DNA of 64,000 nt from Macrostomum lignano (lineage: Eukaryota): the NCBI GenBank assembly GCA_002269645.1, contig NIVC01000391.1:310001-374000 (forward strand), read 5' to 3'. Each line of letters begins with the position of its first letter. The stretch's first letter is position 1. Made by a program: the position numbers and the translations under genes. Below, in pieces: positions 1 through 13,552 of the stretch. The notes under the pieces were generated by a model, which was not told the DNA's origin, did not search any database, and saw nothing but the letters and a program-made list of their open reading frames with translations.

Positions 1-209
1 GTTGATGGAAATCAATGAAAAAGCACATTTTCCTAAAAACTAAGTCCTTCATCACTTTTAAAAATCACCTTATTCATTTAAAATTGTCATGGACAATAAT
101 ATTTGCTATGAATCTGTTTTTTTCTAAAATTAACAAACAGACAAGAAAATATAGCTTTCACAAAGATCACAGTCATTACCCCTAAACAGAAAGTAGAAAA
201 TAGAAAATA

Positions 210-500
210 GAAAATAGCATCCCCCCAGTAGCAAGCACCCTCCTCCAAAAGTAAACAACCGCAGATAGCAAGCATCCCCTAATACTCCTAGCAAGCATCC
301 ACCCAGATAACAAGCATCTGCAGATAGCAAGCATCCCCCAAATAAAAGCATCCCCCAAATAAAAGCATCCCCCGGATAAAAGCATCCACCCAGATAGCAA
401 GCATCCCCCAAATAATGTAGAAGCATCCTTCCAGATAGCAAGCATCCTGCACATAGAAAGAATTCCTAAATAGCAAGCATCCCTGGATAGAAATAATCCT
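210..500. repeat. Degenerate 17-18 bp tandem array (GATAGCAAGCATCCCCCA), array type A
   Basis: Direct reading; the same unit occurs at 4930-5322, 15985-16200 and 18670-18850. Confidence 0.9.
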
Positions 501-526
501 ATACATGTAGCCAAGCTTATCAAGCG

Positions 527-1563
527 CAGTAATCCTTGGCTATCGAGTGAAGTAATCCTTGGTTTTTTAAGACCAATAATCTTTGGCTTATCGAGTGCAG
601 TAATCCTTGGTTTATTAATAGCAATAATCCTTGGCTTCTCGAGTGCAGTAATCCTTGGTTTTCCAAGTTTAGTAATCCTTGGTTTATTAATAGCAATAAT
701 CCTTGGCTTATCGAGTGCAGTAATCTTTGGTTTTCTAAGTGCAGTAATCCTTGGTTTATTAATAGCAATAATCATTGGCTTCTCGAGTGCAGTAATCCTT
801 TGTTTTCCAATTGCAGTAATCCTTGGTTTATAAAGAGCAATAATCCTTGGCTTATCGAGTGAAGTAATCCTTGGTTTATTAATAGCAATAATCCTTGGCT
901 TCTCGAGTGCAGTAATCCTTGGTTTATTAATAGCAATAATCCTTGGCTTCTCGAGTGCAGTAATCCTTGGTTTATTAATAGCAATAATCCTTGGCTTCTT
1001 GAGTGCAGTAATCCTTGGTTTGCCAAGAGCAATTGTCCTTGGTTTATCGAGTGCAGTAATCCTTGGTTTAATAATAGCAATAATCCTTGGCTTCTCGAGT
1101 GCAGTAATCCTTGGTTTATTAATAGCAATAATCCTTGGCTTCTTGAGTGCAGTAATCCTTGGTTTGCCAAGAGCAATTGTCCTTGGTTTATCGAGTGCAT
1201 TAATCCTTGGTTTATTAATAGCAATAATCCTTGGCTTCTTGAGTGCATTAATCCTTGGTTTGCCAAGAGCAATTGACCTTGGTTTATCGAGTGAATTAAT
1301 CCTTGGTTTATTAATAGCAATAATCCTTGGCTTATCGAGTGCAGTAATCCTTGGTTTATTAATAGCAATAATCCTTGGCTTCTCGAGTGCAGTAATCCTT
1401 TGTTTTCCAATTGCAGTAATCCTTGGTTTATAAAGAGCAATAATCCTTGGCTTATCGAGTGAAGTAATCCTTGGTTTATTAATAGCAATAATCCTTGGCT
1501 TATCGAGTGCAGTAATCCTTGGTTTATTAATAGCAATAATCCTTGGCTTATCGAGTGCAGTAA
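527..1563. repeat. 48 bp (2 x 24 bp) tandem array GCAGTAATCCTTGGTTTATTAATAGCAATAATCCTTGGCTTATCGAGT, array type B
   Basis: Direct reading; explains the repetitive ORFs 772-1536 and 999-1433. Confidence 0.95.
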
Positions 1564-1632
1564 TCTAAGTGCTTTTATTTAGTCCTTTAATAAAACTTTT
1601 AATAAAAAATTTACACTACTACTTTTAAACTA

Positions 1633-1697
1633 CTTAGATTCGAACCTAGGTCGCTGCATTAGCAGTCTGGTCTGTTCAGCTCTAGGCTAGCTCTCAT
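1633..1697 (-). other. Degenerate tRNA-like (Pol III A-box/B-box) module inside Helitron
   Basis: Minus strand GAGAGCTAGCCTAGAGC...AGACTGCTAATGCAG...GGTTCGAATC: A-box-like TAGCCTAGAG, B-box GGTTCGAATC and a tRNA-Ser(GCT)-like GACTGCTAAT. Stems are imperfect. Paralogues at 7131-7192, 13011-13070, 15886-15946, 17838-17900 and 20427-20488. Confidence 0.5.
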
Positions 1698-2228
1698 CGA
1701 AGTTATCAGTGATGTTGTACCACTTATATAATTCAACACTCACACCAAGTCAGGTAGAGTAAAAAGTCACACGAAGCAGTTATGACATAATCAATTTCTT
1801 AGGCAAGTCAGTACCAGTGTCTATGAAAGTTAACAATATGGTTACGTAATATAAATTCAGTACTGCGCTATGCTTTCACACTCAAAGCTGTGACGCAATT
1901 CAATTGAGTGTCAAATTCAGCCAGTACACAGACGATAAATAAAGAGTATTGTGATGCAATCCATTTTAGAATTTAGAATTCAACCAGTCAGTTTTTCTGC
2001 TAGCATTCTTACAATGCATTTCAAGTCGAAAGAGCTGCTTGACCTTTGCAAAAAGCATGTTTTTCGAATATTTAATGCCTTTAGCATTGAGCAATTTCTT
2101 AGCCACGATGCATGTACAGTCATGGGAAAATTTCTGATCGAACAGTGCAAGTTCGAACAAAATCGGTCCAGCCATTTTTTCTCTAATCGATCACATAGAC
2201 ACAGACAGACCAATTTTAGTATATAGGA

Positions 2229-4386
2229 CTAGCAATCTTCGCCCCCCGATGGGGGGCGCAAAAATGACGCCAAGTGGTTTTTATTTTGGCCAATGAGTAA
2301 TCACCTTACTTATTATTCAAAATCCAATCAAAACTTACTTTTTCAAATTTTTGGCAAAAATAAATTGCCATGAATCAAAACCTTCACCAGCCAAAGTTTC
2401 CTTCATCAGCCCAAAACCCTTTCTCATTCAGCAAATAGTACTTATCCTTTCAAGCACAAACTCTTAGGGCATATCGTCATTGGCCTGGGCATATTCTGGT
2501 CCGCAGCAGGAGCTCAATATGCCATAAGCCTTGATAACATCTCAATAATTTCCCCAGTAAGCCTTGACATCTCAGCAATTCCTCTCAGTAAGCCTTGACA
2601 TCTCAGCAATTCCCCCAGTAAGCCTTGAAATCTCAGTAACTCCCCAGTAAGTCTCGAATCTCAGTTATTCTTCCAGTAAGTCTTGAAGTCTAAGCAATTT
2701 CCCCAGTAAGCCTTGACATCTCAGCAATTCATCCAAGAAAGCCTTGAAATCTCAGCAATTCCCCAGTAAGCCTTGAAGTCTCAGTAATTCCCCAGTAAGT
2801 CTCGAATCTCAGTAATTCCTCCAGTAAGTCTTGACTTCTCACAATTCCCCCAGTAGGCCTTGACAACTCAGCAATTCCCCCAGTAAGCCTTCACATCTCA
2901 GCAATTCCCCCAGTAAGCCTTGACAACTCAGCAATTCCCACAGTAAACCTTGAAATCTCAGAAATTCCCCAGTAAGCCTTGAAGTCTCAGCAATTCCCCC
3001 AGTAGGCCTTGACAACTCACCAATTCCCCCAGTAGGCCTTGACAACTCAGCAATTCATCCAATAAAGCCTTGAAATCTCAGCAATTTCCTGAGTAAGCCT
3101 TGAAATCTCAGAAATTCCCCCAGTAAGCCTTGAAGTCTCAGAAATTTCCCCAGTAAGCCTCGACATCGCAGCAATTACCCCATTAAGCCTTGACATCTCA
3201 GAAATCCCCCCAGTAAGCCTTGACATTGCAGCAATTAAACTCGAGCCTTGGCATCTACACAATTCTCCCAGTCCAGTAAGCCTCGAGATTGCAGCAATTC
3301 CCCCAGTAAGCCTTGACAACTCAGCAATTCATCCAAGAAAGCCTTGAAATCTCAGCAATTTCCTGAGTAAGCCTTGAAATCTCAGAAATTCCCCCAGTAA
3401 GCCTTGAAGTCTCAGAAATTTCCCCAGTAAGCCTCGACATCGCAGCAATTACCCCATTAAGCCTTGACATCTCAGAAATCCCCCCAGTAAGCCTTGACAT
3501 TGCAGCAATTAAACTCGAGCCTTGGCATCTACGCAATTCTCCCAGTCCAGTAAGCCTCGAGATTGCAGCAATTCCCCAGTAAGCCTTGACAACTCAGCAA
3601 TTCATCCAAGAAAGCCTTGAAATCTCAGCAATTTCCTGAGTAAGCCTTGAAATCTCAGAAATTCCCCAGTAAGCCTTGACAACTCAGCAATTCCCCCAGT
3701 AAACCTTGAAATCTCAGAAATTCCCCAGTAAGCCTTGAAGTCTCAGTAATTCCCCAGTAAACCTTGAAATCTCAGAAATTCCCCCAGTAAGCCTTGAAGT
3801 CTCAGCAATTCTCCCAGTAGGCCTTGACAACTCAGCAATTCCCCCAGTAAACCTTGAAATCTCAGAAATTCCCCCAGTAAGCCTTGAAGTCTCAGCAATT
3901 CTCCCAGTAAGCCTTGACAACTCAGCAATTCCCCCAGTAAACCTTGAAATCTCAGAAATTCCCCTAGTAAGCCTTGACAACTCAGCAATTCATCCAAGAA
4001 AGTCTTGAAATCTCAGCAATTTCCTGAGTAAGCCTTGAAATCTCAGAAATTCCCCCAGTAAGCCTTGAAGTCTCAGAAATTTCCCCAGTAAGCCTCGACA
4101 TCGCAGCAATTCCCCCAAGTAAGCATTCACATCACAGTAATTTCCTCAGTAAGCCTTGACATCTCAGTAATTCCCCCAGTAAGCCTTGACATCTCAGCAA
4201 TTCCTCCCAGTTAGCCTTTGGCTGGTGAAGGTTTTGATTCATGGCAATTTATTTTTGCCAAAAATGAGAAAAAGTAAGTTTTGATTAATGGATTTTGAAT
4301 AATAAGTAAGGTTATTACTCATTGGCCAAAATAAAAACCACTTGGCGTCATTCTTGCGTCCCCCAACGGGGGGCTTAAATTGCTAG
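2229..4386. mobile_element. Element H2 bounded by two inverted Helitron-type 3' ends (~170 bp inverted repeats)
   Basis: 2229-2396 (CTAGCAATCTTCGCCCCCCGATGGGGGGCG...CACCAGCCAAAG) is the near reverse complement of 4216-4386 (CTTTGGCTGGTG...CCCCCAACGGGGGGCTTAAATTGCTAG). Each arm has a GC hairpin followed by CTAG. Confidence 0.7.
2545..4215. repeat. ~30 bp tandem array CAGTAAGCCTTGACA(A/T)CTCAGCAATTCCCC, array type C
   Basis: Direct reading; includes a ~270 bp higher-order duplication (3047-3319 vs 3321-3590). Confidence 0.95.
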
Positions 4387-4806
4387 TAGTTGCTTTTAAT
4401 CAAAAAATGTTCGATTAGTCCAGGCACAAGCTAAAAATAAATGAAAATTAATTTAATATATTTTTATCTCCCACGTGCATACTCTGAAGCTTGCGAATAA
4501 TTTAATTATTTATAGCTCGTAGCATCAGCTCAAGAAGTTAAAGTTTAGTCTATGGCCATAGACGTATTATTATTTTTCGAGCTCTCACTGCGAGAAAAAT
4601 ACACTAATTAGATAGGGAAAATACAGTTTTTTGAATATTTAAGACCTTTAGAATTGAAGCAGATAAAAGAAATGTTAACCATACAATCCTTGGTTGAGTT
4701 GCAACTTTTTGGTGAAAACGCAATCAAAATTGGTCAAGAATTGCAGTCTGTAGAGCGTTTTACACGGACAGACAGACATAGATTAGAGATTTAGTATATA
4801 AGAAGA
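4387..4806 (-). mobile_element. Short Helitron-like 5' fragment H3 (different 5' terminus family)
   Basis: Minus strand begins TCTTCTTATATACTAAATCTCTAATCTATGTCTGTCTGTCCGTG at ~4806, the same TC + TATATACTAAA + GTCT-repeat style as the other 5' ends. No 3' hairpin of its own. Confidence 0.45.
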
Positions 4807-4929
4807 CGATGGGGACATCTGGATAGAATCTCTGTTTTCTACAAGTAACAAAAAGACAGCCAAAAATCCTTCAAAAAGACAACAGACAAACTGCTCAAAT
4901 GAAGTGCATTGCAAAAAGAAATCATCCCA

Positions 4930-5322
4930 AGACTGCAAGCATCCCCCAGATAGCAAGCATCCCCTAGATAGCAAGCATCCCTAGATAGCAAGCATCCCCC
5001 AGATAGCAAGCATCCCCTAGATAGCAAGCATCCCCCAGATAGCAAGCATCCCCCAGATAGCAAGCATCCCCCAGATTGCAAGCATCCCCCAGATAGCAAG
5101 CATCCCCAAGATAGCAAGCATCCCTCAGATAGCAAGCATCCCCCAGATAGCAAGCATCCCCCAGATAGCAAGCATCCCCCAGATAGCAAGCATCCCCAGA
5201 TAGCAAGCATCCCCCAGATAGCAAGCATCCCCCAGATAGCAAGCATCCCCAGATAGCAAGCATCCCCAGATAGCAAGCATCCCCAAGATAGATAGCATCC
5301 CCAAATAGCAAGCATCCACCAG
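4930..5322. repeat. 17-18 bp tandem array type A (GATAGCAAGCATCCCCCA)
   Basis: Direct reading. Confidence 0.95.
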
Positions 5323-5404
5323 ACAATAAGTAGCTAGTGCGACAATTTCCTTAGCATTATAGCGGCTCCTTTAAAATTCGCTTATTTTTACGTTTGAAAT
5401 TGTG

Positions 5405-7080
5405 TATCTTTTATGTTTAACAGGGTGGCTCTTTTATGTTCTACGCTCGTACATGTTAACTCTTTTATGTTTGATACGGTGGCTTTTCAATGTCTGACAT
5501 AGTGGCTCTTCTATGTTTGACATGGGGCTCTTCTATGTTTGACATGGGGGCTCTTCTATGTTTGACATGGGGCTCTTCTATGTTTGACAAAGTGGCTTTT
5601 TAATGTTTAACATGGTGGCTCTTTAATGTTCGAAATGGTGGCTCTTTAATGTTCAAAAAGGTGGCTCTTTTATGTTTGACATGGTGGCTCTTTAATGTTT
5701 GACATGGTGGCTCTTTAATGTTAGACAAAGTAGCTCTTTAATGTTTGACATGATGGCTCTTTAATGATAGACATGGTGGCTCTTTAATTTTTGACATGGT
5801 GGCTCTTTAATGTTGGACATGGTGGCTCTTTAATGTTAGACATGGTGGCTCTTTAATGTTCGACATAAAGTCACTTATATGTTTGACATGATGGCTCTTT
5901 TATGTTTAACATGGTGGCTCTTTAATGTTAGACATGGTAGCTCTTTTATGTTCGACATGGTGGCTCTTTAATGTTCGACATGGTGGCTCTTTTATGTTCG
6001 ACATGGTGTCGCTTTAATGTTTGACATGGAGTTACGTATATGTTTTACATGGTGGCTCTTAAATGTTTGACATGGTGGCTCTTCAATGTTTGACATGGTG
6101 TCTCTTTAACGTTTGACATGGAGTCATGTATATGTTTGACATGGTGGCTCTTTAATGTTAGACATGGTGGCTCTTTTATGTTTTGCATGGTGGCTCTTTA
6201 ATGTTAGACATGGTGGCTCTTTTATGTTTTGCATGGTGGCTCTTTTATGTTCGACATGGTGTCTCTTCAATGCTTGACATGGAGTCACGTATATGTTTGA
6301 CATGGAGTCATGTATATGTTTGACCTGGTGGCTCTTTAATGTTTTATATGGTGGCACTTTCATGTTTGACCTGGTGGCTCTTTAATGTTTGACATGGTGG
6401 CTTTTTAATATTTGACATGGTGGCACTTTCATGTTTGACCTGGTGGGTCTTTAATGTTTGACATGGTACCTCTTTTATGTTCGACATGGTGGCTCTTTAA
6501 TGTTTTACATGGTGGCTCTTTAATGTTTGACATGGTGACTCTTTTATGTTCTACATGGTGGCTCTTTTATGTTCGACATGGTGGCTCTTTAATGTTCTTA
6601 ATGGTGTCTGTTTTATGTTTGACATGGCGGCTCTTTAATGTTTGACATGGTAACTCTTTTAGGTTTGAAATGGTGTCTCTTTAATGTTTGACATGGTGGC
6701 TTTTTATTGTTTGACATGGTGGCTTTTTAATGTTCGACATGGTGGCTCTTTTAGGTTTGAAATGGTGGCTCTTAAATGTTTGACATTGTGGCTCTTTAAT
6801 GTTCGACATGGTGGCTCTTTAATGTTTGACATGGTAACTCTTTTATGTTTGATATGGTGGCTCTTTTATGTTCGACATGGTGGCTCTTTAATGTTCGACA
6901 TGGTGGCTCTTTTAGGTTTGAAATGGTGGCTCTTTAATGTTTGACATTGTGGCTCTTTAATGTTTGAAATGGTGGCTCTTTAATGTTCGACATGGTGGCT
7001 CTTATAGGTTTGAAATGGTGGCTCTTTAATGTTTGACATTGTGGCTCTTTAATGTTTGAAATGGTGGCTCTTTAATGTTT
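5405..7080. repeat. 23 bp tandem array type D (GACATGGTGGCTCTTTAATGTTT)
   Basis: Direct reading; same unit at 18950-20385. Confidence 0.95.
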
Positions 7081-7663
7081 AGAATTTTGTGTTTTTAAGG
7101 TGTTTTAATAAAAAAAACATTTTTCACTACTAAGATTCGAACCAAGGTCGCTACATTAGCATTCCAGTTTGTTTGCATCCGGCTATCTCTTTTCAATCGG
7201 AGAACTTGAATTGTGGCCCTTATAATAAATTCTTATAGCAAGTCGGTTAGAGTAAAAAGTTATGACATAATCAATTTCTCAGTCAGCCAGTATCAGTCTA
7301 AATTCAAGTTAGCAATATGGTTACGCAATTTCAATGAAGTCTTGTGTGCGTTTCTGTGGCACTGTTTTCAACTTGTTGTGATGCAATCTTTATCACAAAC
7401 GTAATTCAGCCAGCCAGTTTTTTCTCTAGCATTCTTACAATGCATTTCAGGTCGAAAGAGCTGCTTGACCTTTGCAAAAAGGCATGTTTTTCGAATATTT
7501 AATCCCTTAAACATTGAGCAATTTCTTAGCCAAGATGCATGTACCGTCCCAGGAAAATTTCTGATCGAATGGTGCAAGTTTGAAGAAAATCGGTTGAGCC
7601 ATTTTTTCTGATATCTATCGCATAGCTAGTTAGTTACAGACATTTCATTTTTAGTATATAGGA

Positions 7664-10600
7664 CTAGCAATCTACGCCCCCCGTTGGGGAGCCAAAGAAA
7701 TGCAATACACGTTTTTTTAATAAGCTACATGTATCCTTGAAATCTTAAAAAATCTCCTGTCAAACCTTGTAAGCCTTGACATGTCAGTAATCCCCCCCAC
7801 AAGCTTTAACATATCAACTCCCCCCCTTGACATCTCAGCAATGCAATGGATTCCCAAATGAATCTCTTAACTTCGACATGAAGCTTCTTTTATTTTTTAC
7901 ATTACGCTTTTTTTATCAGCGATCCCTCCCCTGAGGAGGCATCAAATAATGTAATAAAAAGTTTTCAATAAACTACATGTAGCTTCTGACTTTAGCTTTG
8001 AAATCTCATTTATACCCCCGTGAGCCTTGACATGTCAGCTATCCCCCCCGTAAGCCTTGACATGTCAGCGATGGCCTCCATAAACCTTGAAATCTGAAAA
8101 ATCCCCGTTAACCTTGAAACCCGATAAAATATAACCCTCAACCCACACCTGACCTAAACCTAACTTTAACCCAACCTAAAGCCTTGAATCTCAGCAATTC
8201 TTCTCCCCTAAGCCTTGACATTTTAGTGATTCCTTCTTTAAGAATCACAGCACTATAACGATTCCCTCGCTTTGACATCGTAGCAATTCCCAAATGAATC
8301 TTTTAACTTCGACATGACTTTTCTTTTATGTATACATAGTGCTACTTTTATTTTTTACATGACTCTTCTTCTATCAGCGCCCCCCCGTGGCGAGCCAACA
8401 AAAAATGTAATAAAAAAATTGAGTAAAGTAAATGAACTTTGAAGTAGCTTCTGACTGTTGCTTTGACATCTCAGAAACGCCCCCATAATCTCAGTTATTC
8501 TCTGTGAGCCTTGACGTCTCAGTTTTTCTCCCTAGCCCAGCACTATAGCTTCATTTAATTTTTACATGACACCTTTCATGTCTAACATGACGCTTCTTTT
8601 ATTCTACCATGATGCTTCTTAATTTTTTAAATGACACTTTCATTAGTTTTTAAAGGAGGCTTCTATGATTTTTATATGACGCTTCTATGATATTTTACAT
8701 GACGCTTCTATGACTGTTTACATGACGCTTCTATGATTTTTACATGACGCTTCTATGATTGTTTACATGACGCTTCTATGATTTTTTATATGACGCTTCT
8801 ATCATTTTTACATAACGCTTCTATGATTTTTACATGACGCTTTTATGATTTTTACATGACGCTACTATGATTTTTACATGACGCTTCTATGATTGTTTAC
8901 ATGACGCTTCTAGGATTGTTTACATGACGCTTCTATGATTTTTACATGACGCTTCTATGATTGTTTCATGACGCTTCTATGATTGTTTACATGACGCTTC
9001 TATGATTTTTATATGACGCTTCTACGATTTTTGCAGGACGATTCTATGATTGTTTACATGACGCTTCTATGATTTTTACATGACGCTTCTATGATTGTTT
9101 CATGACGCTTCTATGACTGTTTACATGACGCTTCTATGATTTTTATATGACGCTTCTACGATTTTTGCAGGACGATTCTATGATTTACATGACGCTTCTA
9201 TGATTTTTTACATGACGCTTCTATGATTTTTACATGACGCTTCTATGATTGTTTACATGACGCTTCTATGATTTTTATATGACGCTTCTATCATTTTTAC
9301 ATAACGCTTCTATGATTTTTACATGACGCTTTTATGATTTTTTACATGACGCTACTATGATTTTTACATGACGCTACTATGATTGTTTACATGACGCTTC
9401 TATGATTGTTTACATGACACTTCTATGATTGTTTCATGACGCTTCTATGATTGTTTACATGACGCTTCTATGATTGTTTATATGACGCTTGTATGATTTT
9501 TACATGACGCTTCTATGATTGTTTACATGACGCTTCTATGATTTTTTATATGACGCTTCTATCATTTTTACATAACGCTTCTATGATTTTTACATGACGC
9601 TTTTATGATTTTTTACATGACGCTACTATGATTTTTACATGACGCTACTATGATTGTTTACATGACGCTTCTATGATTGTTTACATGACACTTCTATGAT
9701 TGTTTCATGACGCTTCTATGATTGTTTACATGACGCTTCTATGATTGTTTATATGACGCTTGTATGATTTTTACATGACGCTTCTATGATTGTTTCATGA
9801 CGCTTCTATGACTGTTTACATGACGCTTCTATGATTGTTTATATGACGCTTCTATCATTTTTACATAACGCTTCTATGATTATTACATGAGCTTCTACGC
9901 TTTTTACATGACACTTCTATGATTTTTTACATGACGCTTTATGATTTTTTACATGACGCTTCTACGAGTTTTTGCAGGACGATTCTATGATTTTACATGA
10001 CGCTTCTATGATTTTACATGACGCTTCTATGATTTTTACATGACGTTTCTATGATTTTTTACATGACGCTTCTATGATTGTTTACATGACGCTTCTATGA
10101 TTGTTTACATGACGCTTCTATGATTGTTTACATGACGCTTCTATGATTGTTTACATGACGCTTCTATGATTGTTTACATGACGCTTCTATGATTGTTTAC
10201 ATGGCGCTTCTACGATTTTTTACATGACGATTCTATGATTGTTTACATGACGCTTCTATGATTGTTTACATGACGCTTCTACGATTTTTGCAGACGATTC
10301 TATGATTTTACATGACGCTTCTATGATTTTTACATGACGCTTCTATGATTTTTACATGACGTTTCTATGATTTTTTACATGACGCTTCTATGATTGTTTC
10401 ATGACGCTTCTATGATTGTTTACATGACGCTTCTATGATTGTTTACATGACGCTTCTATGATTGTTTACATGACGCTTCTATGATTGTTTACATGACGCT
10501 TCTATGATTGTTTACATGCGCTTCTACGATTTTTTACATGACGATTCTATGATTGTTTACATGACGCTTCTATGATTGTTTACATGACGCTTCTAAGATT

Positions 10601-13552
10601 TTTTACATGACACTTCTATGATTGTTTACATGACGCTTCTATGATTGTTCATGACACTTCTATGATTGTTTACATGACGCTTCTATGATTGTTTACATGA
10701 CGCTTCTATGATTTTTACATGGCGCTTCTATGATTGTTTACATGACACTTCTATGATTGTTTCATGACGCTTTATGATTGTTTACATGACGCTTCTATGA
10801 TTGTTTATATGACGCTTGTATGATTTTTACATGACGCTTCTATGATTGTTTCATGACGCTTCTATGATGTTTACATGACGCTTCTATGATTGTTTATATG
10901 ACGCTTCTATCATTTTTACATAACGCTTCTATGATTTTACATGAAGCTTCTACGATTTTTACATGACGCTTCTATGATTTTTTACATGACGCTTTTATGA
11001 TTTTTACATGACGCTTCTACGAGTTTTTGCAGACGATTCTATGATTTTACATGACGCTTCTATGATTTTACATGACGCTTCTATGATTTTTACATGACGT
11101 TCTATGATTTTTTACATGACGCTTCTATGATTGTTTCATGACGCTTCTATGATTGTTTACATGACGCTTCTATGATTGTTTACATGACGCTTCTATGATT
11201 GTTTACATGACGCTTCTATGATTGTTTACATGACGCTTCTATGATTGTTTACATGACGCTTCTATGATTGTTTACATGACGCTTCTATGATTGTTTACAT
11301 GACGCTTCTATGATTTTTACATGACGCTTCTATGATTGTTTACATGACGCTTCTATGATTGTTTACATGACGCTTCTATGATTGTTTACATGACGCTTCT
11401 ATGATTGTTTACATGACGCTTCTATGATTGTTTACATGACGCTTCTATGATTGTTTACATGACGCTTCTATGATTGTTTACATGACGCTTCTATGATTGT
11501 TTACATGACGCTTCTATGATTGTTTACATGACGCTTCTATGATTGTTTACATGACGCTTCTATGATTGTTTACATGACGCTTCTATGATTGTTTACATGA
11601 CGCTTCTATGATTGTTTACATGACGCTTCTATGATTGTTTACATGACGCTTCTATGATTGTTTACATGACGCTTCTATGATTGTTTACATGACGCTTCTA
11701 TGATTTTTACATGACGCTTCTATGATTGTTTACATGACGCTTCTATGATTTTTACATGACGCTTCTATGATTGTTTACATGACGCTTCTATGATTGTTTA
11801 CATGACGCTTCTATGATTTTTATATGACGCTTCTATGATTTTTAATGACGCTTCTATGATTTTTTACATGACGCTTCTATGATTTTTTACATGACGCTTC
11901 TATGATTGTTTACATGACGCTTCTATGATTGTTTACATGACGCTTCTATGATTGTTTACATGACGCTTCTATGATTGTTTACATGACGCTTCTATGATTT
12001 TTACATGACGCTTCTATGATTGTTTACATGACGCTTCTATGATTGTTTACATGACGCTTCTATGATTGTTTACATGACGCTTCTATGATTTTTTACATGA
12101 CGCTTCTATGATTGTTTACATGACGCTTCTATGATTGTTTACATGACGCTTCTATGATTTTTACATGACACTTCTATGATTGTTTACATGACGCTTCTAT
12201 GATTGTTACATGACGCTTCTATGATTGTTTACATGACGCTTCTATGATTGTTTACATGACGCTTCTATGATTTTTTACATGACGCTTCTATGATTGTTTA
12301 CATGACGCTTCTATGATTGTTTACATGACGCTTCTATGATTGTTTACATGACGCTTCTATGATTGTTTACATGACGCTTCTATGATTGTTTACATGACGC
12401 TTCTATGATTGTTTACATGACGCTTCTATGATTGTTTACATGACGCTTCTATGATTGTTTACATGACGCTTGTATGATTGTTTACATGACGCTTCTATGA
12501 TTGTTTACATGACGCTTCTATGATTTTTATATGACGCTTCTATGATTTTTATATGACGCTTCTACGATTTTTACATGACGCTTCTATGATTTTTACATGA
12601 CGCTTCTATGATTGTTTACATGACGCTTCTATGATTTTTACATGACGCTTCTATGATTTTTACATGACGCTTCTATGATTGTTTACATGACGCTTCTATG
12701 ATTGTTTACATGACGCTTCTACGATTTTTTACATGACGCTTCTATGATTGTTTACATGACGCTTCTATGATTTTTTTACATGACGCTTCTATGATTTTTA
12801 CATGACGCTTCTATGATTTTTAAATGACGCTTCTACGATTTTTATATGACGCTTCTACGATTTTTACATGACGCTTCTATGATTGTTTACATGACGCTTC
12901 TATGATTTTTAAATGACGCATCTATGATTTTTATATGACGCTTTTTTTTAAAGTCTTTTAGTTTTCCTGACGTTGAAAAGCTTTAATTAAAAAAATTCCA
13001 CTCTATGAAAATATGAACCATCGTCGCTGCATTTAGCATTTCAGTTTGTTCACCTCTAGGCTAGCTCTCATCGTTTTGATAACATGAAATTTTTCACTTA
13101 TATAATTCAACACTTTAAAATCCAAGCATAGAGTAAATCACACGAAGCAGTTATGACATAATCAGTTTCTCAGTCAGTCAGTATCAGTTAACAATATGGT
13201 TACACATTTAAATCAAGTCTGGTGCTACGCTTCCACACTGCATTTTCAATTCAAGTCGGAGTTACAATTCAGTTATGATGCAATCTATTTCAGAATCAGA
13301 ATTCAACCAGTCAGTTTTTTCTCTAGCATTCTTACAATGCATTTCAAGTCGAAAAGTTTGCTTGACCTTTGCAAAAAAGCATGTTTTTCGAATATTTAAT
13401 GCCTTTAGCATCGAGCAATTTCTTAGCCACGATGCATGTACAGTCACGGGAAAATTTCTGATCGAACAGTGCAAGTTCGAACAAAATCGGTCCAGCCATT
13501 TTTTCTCTAATCGATCACATAGACACAGACAGACCATTTTTAGTATATAGGA
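7664..13552 (-). mobile_element. Non-autonomous Helitron-like element H5
   Basis: CTAG at 7664-7667 followed by an imperfect hairpin (GCCCCCCGTTGGGGAGC). 5' end TCCTATATACTAAAAATGGTCTGTCTG at 13552; its terminal ~250 bp is nearly identical to 1980-2228. Confidence 0.75.
8560..12945. repeat. ~4.4 kb 23 bp satellite array type E (ACATGACGCTTCTATGATTGTTT)
   Basis: Direct reading; highly homogeneous at ~11150-12500 with divergent edges. Confidence 0.97.

Larger units (their letters stand above)
1..2228 (-). mobile_element. Non-autonomous Helitron-like element H1 (5' end at 2228; 3' end not seen in window)
   Basis: Minus strand begins TCCTATATACTAAAATTGGTCTGTCTGTGTCTATG at 2228. Near-identical termini recur at 7663, 13552 and 20962. 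Body carries a 17-18 bp array, a 48 bp array and a tRNA-like module. No Rep/helicase ORF. Confidence 0.7.
4807..7663 (-). mobile_element. Non-autonomous Helitron-like element H4 (3' end clipped; same family as 18527-20962)
   Basis: 5' end TCCTATATACTAAAAATGAAATG at 7663. The left end starts mid-hairpin (CGATGGGGACATCTGGATAG), matching ~18545 onward. Same order as H7: A-array, D-array, tRNA-like module. Confidence 0.75.

Noticed and set aside
1633-1697. Functional tRNA-Ser(GCT) gene (and its five paralogous modules)
   Set aside because: Acceptor, anticodon and T stems do not pair properly and the copies are embedded in transposons. Kept only as tRNA-like modules.
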